A stretch of DNA of 64,000 nucleotides, from assembly GCA_036785375.1 (NCBI GenBank), contig JAWMAR010000864.1:434001-498000 (forward strand), written 5' to 3'. This DNA comes from Leucoraja ocellata (lineage: Eukaryota). Made by a program: the position numbers and the translations under genes. Under the pieces are notes generated by a model. The model was not told the DNA's origin and made no database searches. It worked only from the letters and a program-made list of their open reading frames with translations. Of this stretch, positions 57,001 to 63,000 are shown piece by piece (position 1 is the stretch's first letter; every line of letters begins with the position of its first letter).

Positions 57001-60000
57001 GCATCATTTCAAGAGTTTCAACAAATATTCTTGCAGAATATGGGTGCTGGATGTGTCATGTAAGCAGTGAACAAGCAATGGAACTCGAAAGAATTCAATG
57101 GAAGCACAAACTCACCAATGACAATGGGCTGCACTGTGTAACCTGGAAGCAAAGAAAGAAACATAGGCAGTTTACAACCAACAGGATCAACTTTGAGTTT
57201 TCCAATTTTAAGTACCCTCGAACAAATTGCACCCTTCCCCACGTCCCTCTCCTGCCCCAACTGGACTTGCACCTATTTTTCCTTTCCTGTTAATGAAGAT
57301 GACTTTAATGAATGACTTTAAGATTCACTTTCCCAAAGCCCATACCTGATCCTCCTGGATCTGAACATGTAATTACCAAAGGACTTGACTCCGTCAACAC
57401 CAACGGTAGATGGCAGGAAATAGAATACATAGAAAAAGTTGAGGATTATTTTGATAAGTACCATCAACATAGAGGCTGTCAATTTGCAATGGATATTGTC
57501 CCAGAGTGGTCATCTTATAGGTCCTCTCTCTAAATACATCATAAACCACTTCTTGCTTGATGGGTTCCATGGTGGACACATTTTGGAATGAACAATCAGC
57601 TGTAACTCTGGTGCTGTTAGCCATGACCTCTCTGCAAAAAAGCAAAAGACATTTATAAAAATAATTTAGTGCAAAGTAGTTGCAATGTTAGAAAGAGCAC
57701 ACCTGGAATATTGCTGCAGCTGATTACAGGGGTAGAAGTAATTGTCAGAGAAGTCCAATACTCAGTTTATTCATCTCCACCGCATCTGTTTCCATGATGC
57801 TTTCCCATTCTATGCATCTGACACATCCTTTTTTTTACTAGCCGTGGATTACCCTGTGCTGTCTCAGATGGATCCCTCACCCACGTCTCCTGAAGTTCTG
57901 CTCTTGCATCCCTCTCACCCAGACTGTCCAAGGAGAGAGTGCCCCTCATTCTTAGATTTCACACACCAGTCTCTCAACCCATCTCCTGCATTTGCTGCTC
58001 TAGATGTCGTCCCCTTTACATCGGCAAGTCCAAACATTGTCTAGGTGACCGTTTTTTTCCGAACACGTTCAGGGTCGACTAAGGCCTGCTGGGTTTCCCA
58101 GTTGCAAAACATTTTTACTCCCCTTCCCATTCCCATAACGATGTGTCTGGGTCGAGACTCATTGATAGCCAGAGGGAGACCACATTTAAGGTGGAGGAAA
58201 ATCACCTCATAATCTGATGTGTAGGTTTGGAGTCTAACAATATGAATAATTTTACGTTACAACCTACAAACTAATTGTATGAACAATGAGTTGTTCAATT
58301 TTACATGTCAACCTACAAATGCCCCCCTTCCCCATCATTTTCCCCGACTCTCCCCTGTGCTATACCTGAATATGCACCAATTTTCCGCTTTCCCTTTCCC
58401 CCCCCCCCCCCTCCCCCCTCTCCATTCTCCCCTTCCACTATGCACCCTCCCCATCACTTGTATCCTCGCATCACTTGCCACATGTTGTCATCCCCTTTCC
58501 ACCTCTCTGGCAGCTTTCTCACCCCGACTGCAATCAGTCTGAAGAAAGGCCCAACCCAAAATTCTGCCACGCCATGTTCTTCAGATATGCCGACTGACCC
58601 GCTGAGATACTCGAGCACATCATAGAAACATAGAAACATAGAAAATAGGTGCAGGAGGAGGCCATTCGGCTCTTTGTGCCAACACCGCCATTCATTGTGA
58701 TCATTAACAATTTGGTGACAAAGGAAACGCAATTTTCATGATTTAATTGGAAATTTTTTTGTGAATTACCTGAATGATTTCACGTCACATTTTAAGAATG
58801 TTGCATTGATATTGCTGTTCTGAAACAGGTCTGTGAGCTGAGGGCAAGAAAAATGGTGTTAGAATGAGACATAAAAAGGGGCTGAATAAGTAGTATATCA
58901 GCAGAAAACTAATTGGTAAACTCTCTCACCTCATTTGCAATCATTGTTGCTGTTTCTGAAGGGTTTGCTTGAATTTCTTCAATAGACAGATTGCCAACAA
59001 TGAAAGTCACGTTGTATTCAATTGGATTTGTTACCTCGATTGGAACTGGAACTGTGGAAATAGAGTAAGCAATTTAGCATGTTGTGAGTTTCCTAGGACT
59101 GAAATTCTACAGAGTTTAAGCAACAGATGGAGACGAACAAATGTAGCGTAAGACAATTATTTCATGCATTTGATACAAACTCACCATTGACATTGTGCTG
59201 TCCATTGAAATCTGAAAACAAACAGAGAAATATAGGTTGAAATTTAAATGTTCAAGTTTAGGCAACCTTTTAAAACCCACCAACCACAACAACTGGGCAT
59301 GCGCCTAGTAAACTCCGCCCACTTGCCCTCCATCTACATTCCTTTTTCTGACTTCAAATTTGCAACTCTTCAATCCTTTCCCCTCACACTATGTTTTTTT
59401 GTCTCTGGCCTTTGTCCAACCTTCTGCGTATCTAAACTTGACCTCACCTGTGTCCACCTATTAAGGACGTGCTTTGACTTGCCTCCCTTCTCTTCCAGCT
59501 TTCTTCTCCCCCCACCACCCCACAATCTGTCTGAAGAAGGATCTCGAACTGAAATGTCACCCATTCACGTTCTCCAGTGATGCTGCCTGACCCGCTGTTA
59601 CTCTAGCACTTTGTTTCTTCTAAAAAAGCATGTAATGTTTTAATGGGGTATTTTTTTACCTCTCCTTGAACATTTATCAGGAAGAAAACCCTTTTGTGAG
59701 TGGGTCATACCAGTGAGGCAGTGTGTTTGTGCAAAGGCAGGCTCCGAAGAACGAGACTGTGAATGAATTTTGGGTTTGCTTTCTCAGATCCTATAGGATA
59801 TCATGCCTGGTTGTCCCTGATCTAAATATAGAAATACCAAAGATCTTGACTGTAAATCAATAGTTACCGTAGATTGGACAAATACTATATGAAGAAAAAC
59901 ACCAAGGAATATTTTGATAAGTACCGTCTACATAGAGGCTGTTGCTTTGCAGTTCGTATGGCCCCAGTGAGGAAATGCTATCTGTCTTCACTCTAATTAC

Positions 60001-63000
60001 TTCATAAACCACTTCTCGCTTGATGGGTTCCATGGTGGACACATTTTGGAATGAACAATCAACTGTAACTCTGGTGCTCTGGTGCGTTACCTCTCTGCAA
60101 AAAAGCAAAAGACATTTTTAAATGAATTGAGTGCAAAGTAGTTGCAATGTGAGAAAGACCACACCTGAAACGTTGCTGTGGCTGATTGGCTTCTCTTGCA
60201 TCCCCCTCACACACGCTGACCAAGGATAGAGTTCCCCTCATTCTTGTATTTCACACACCAGTCTCTAAACCCATCTCCTGTATTTGGTGCTCTAGATGTG
60301 GTCTCTTTTACATCGGCAAGTCCAAGAATCTTCTATGTGACAGTTTTTTTACGAACAGGTGCAGGGTCGACCAAGGTCTGCTGGATTTCCCGGTTGCAGA
60401 ACATTTTAACTCCCCTTCCCATTCCCATAACGACGTGTCTGTGTCGAGCCTCATCGATAGCCAGAGGGGTAACACATTTAAGCTGGAGGAAAAGCACCTC
60501 ATAATTAGATGTAGACACAAAATGCTGGACTGACTCAGCGGGTGTGGCAGTATCTCTGGAGAGAAGGAATGGGTGACATTTTGGGTTGAGACGCTTCGAA
60601 GGGTTTCGGCACTGAAACGTCACCCATTCCATCTCTCTAGAGATGTTGCCACACCTGCTGCGTTACTCCAGCATTTTGTGTCTACCTTCGATTTTACCAG
60701 CATCTGTAGTTCTTTGTTACTTATAATCTGATGTGTAGGTTTGGAGCCTAACAATATGAATAATTCGACGTGACAACCTACAAAGTAACTATATGAACAA
60801 TGAATTGTTCAATTTAACGTTTCAACCTACAAATCCCTCCCCCCCCCCCATCCCCCAATTTCCCCCTACGCTTCCCTGTGCTACAGCTGAATGTGCACCC
60901 ATTTTCCATTTCCCCTCCATCCCTCCCCATTCCACTTTGCTTCCTCTGGCTTCATTATAATTTTGACTTCTCAGCCTAACTCCTTAAATTGAACCTTTTG
61001 TCTTTTCATCTCAGGATTTTCAGCAAGCATTTGCCAATCAACTGCTCCCCCCCCCCCTCACTTGTATCCTATCACTTGCCACACTTTGTCATCTCCTTCC
61101 CACCTCTCTTGCAGCTTTCTCACCCCTACTGCAATCAGTCTGAAGAAGGGCCCGACCCAAAACTCTGCCAACCCATGTTCTCCAGATTTGCCGACTGACC
61201 CGCTGAGATACTCAGCACATCGGGTCCTTTTGTATTAGAATTTATATTGACTTTGCACTGATATTTGTAGGAAATGTGTTCATGAGATTATCATCTTCAC
61301 CATTTGGAATCACTGTACATTAACAATTTGGAGACAAAGGAATGCAATTTTCATGATTTAATCAGAAAGTTATTGTAAGTTACCTGAATGATTTCACGTC
61401 ACATTTTAAGAATGTTGCATTAATCTTGCTGTTCTCAAACACGTCTGTGAGCTGGGGGCAAGAAAAATGGTGTTAGAATGAGACATAAAAAAGGAGATTA
61501 ATAAGTAGTATATCAGCAGAAAACTAATTGGTAAACTCTCTCACCTTATTTGCAAGCATGGTTGCTGTTTCAAAAGGTTTTGCTTGAATTTCTTCAATAG
61601 ACAGTTTGTCAACAATGAAAGTCACGTTGTATTTAATGTGTTTTGTTACCTCGATTGGAACTGGAACTGTGGAAATAGAGTAAGCAATTTAGCATGTTGT
61701 GAGTACCAAGATTTTCAAATAGTTTAAAAACTGTTTCCCAGGACTGGATTTCTACAGAGTTTAAGCAACAGATGGAGAAAAACAAATGTAGCGTAAGACA
61801 ATTATTTTGTGCATTTGATACAAACTCACCATTGACATTGTGCTGTGCATTGAAATCTGAAAACAAACAGAGAAATAAAGGTTGAACTTTAAATGTTCAA
61901 GTTTAGGCAACCTTTAAAAACCCACCAACCACAACAACAACTGGGCATGCACCTAGTAAACTCCTCCCCCTTGCCCTCCATCTACATTCCTTTTTCTGGC
62001 TTCAAATTTGCAACTCTTCAATCCTTTCCCCTCACACTTTATGTTTTTTCGTCTCTACCATTTGTCCAACCTTCTCCGTATCCAAACTCTACTTCACCTG
62101 TGTCCACCTATTAACTGAAGTGCTTTGTACTGCCTCCCTTCTCTTACAGCTTTCTTCTCCCCCCCACCACCTCACAATCAGTCTGAAGAAGGATCTCAAG
62201 CTGAAATGCCACCCAAAGCCCATCTGACATCATACCTGATCCTTCCGGATCTGAATATGTAATTACCAGAGGACTTGACTCCGTCAACAACTACAGTATA
62301 TAGCGTGAAGTTGAATACATAGAAAAAGATTGAGGATTATTTTGATAAGTACCTTCTACATAGAGGCTGTCACTTTGCAATGGGAATTGCCCCAGTGCGG
62401 TAACGTTATGGGTCTTCACTCTAATTACTTCATAAACCACTTCTCGCTTGATGGGTTCCATGGTGGACACATTTTGGAATGAACAATCAGCTGTAACTCT
62501 GGTGCTCTGGTGCGTTACCTCTCTGCAAAAAAGCAAAAGACATTTATAAAAAGAATTGAGTGCAAAGTAGTTGCAATGTGAGAAAGACCACACCTGAAAC
62601 GTTGCTGTGGCTGATTGGCTTCTCTTGCATACTCCTCACCCCCGCTGACCAAGGATAGAGTTCCCCTCATTCTTGGATTTCACACACCAGTCTCTAAACC
62701 CATCTCCTGTATCTGGTGCTCTTGATGTGGTCTCCTTTACAACAGCAAGTCCAAACATCGTCTAGGTGATAGTTTTATTTTCGAACAGGTGCAGGGTCGA
62801 CCAAGGTCTGCTAGATTTCCCGGTTGCAAAACATTTTAATTCCCCTTCCCATTCCCATAACGACGTGTCTGTGTCGAGCCTCATCGATAGACAGAGGGGA
62901 AGCACATTTAAGCTGGAGGAAAAGCACCTCACAATTAGATGTAGACACAAAATGCTGGAATAATGCCCCTGTCCCACTTAAGATACTACCTCACCCGCTG

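Noticed and set aside
50467-57293. 157-aa and 140-aa + strand ORFs (MYLALAEKSD..)
   Set aside because: They lie antisense in an intron and end in a Penelope-like tail (INFEFSNF). The homologous sequence at 1-300 is diverged, and there is no recognisable domain.
4903-60108. The 83-aa minus-strand ORFs as independent small genes
   Set aside because: The ORF starts lie in polypyrimidine tracts and the tails (TYQNI..) are read-through into introns. The conserved part is bounded by AG/GT and joins exons A and B in frame.
6596-62114. Recurrent + strand ORFs (MFKFRQPLK.., MNNELFNF.., MISVKEFS.., MQLFNPFP..)
   Set aside because: They are intronic and Penelope-derived, with frameshifts and variable stops between units. 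They recur only because the DNA is repeated.
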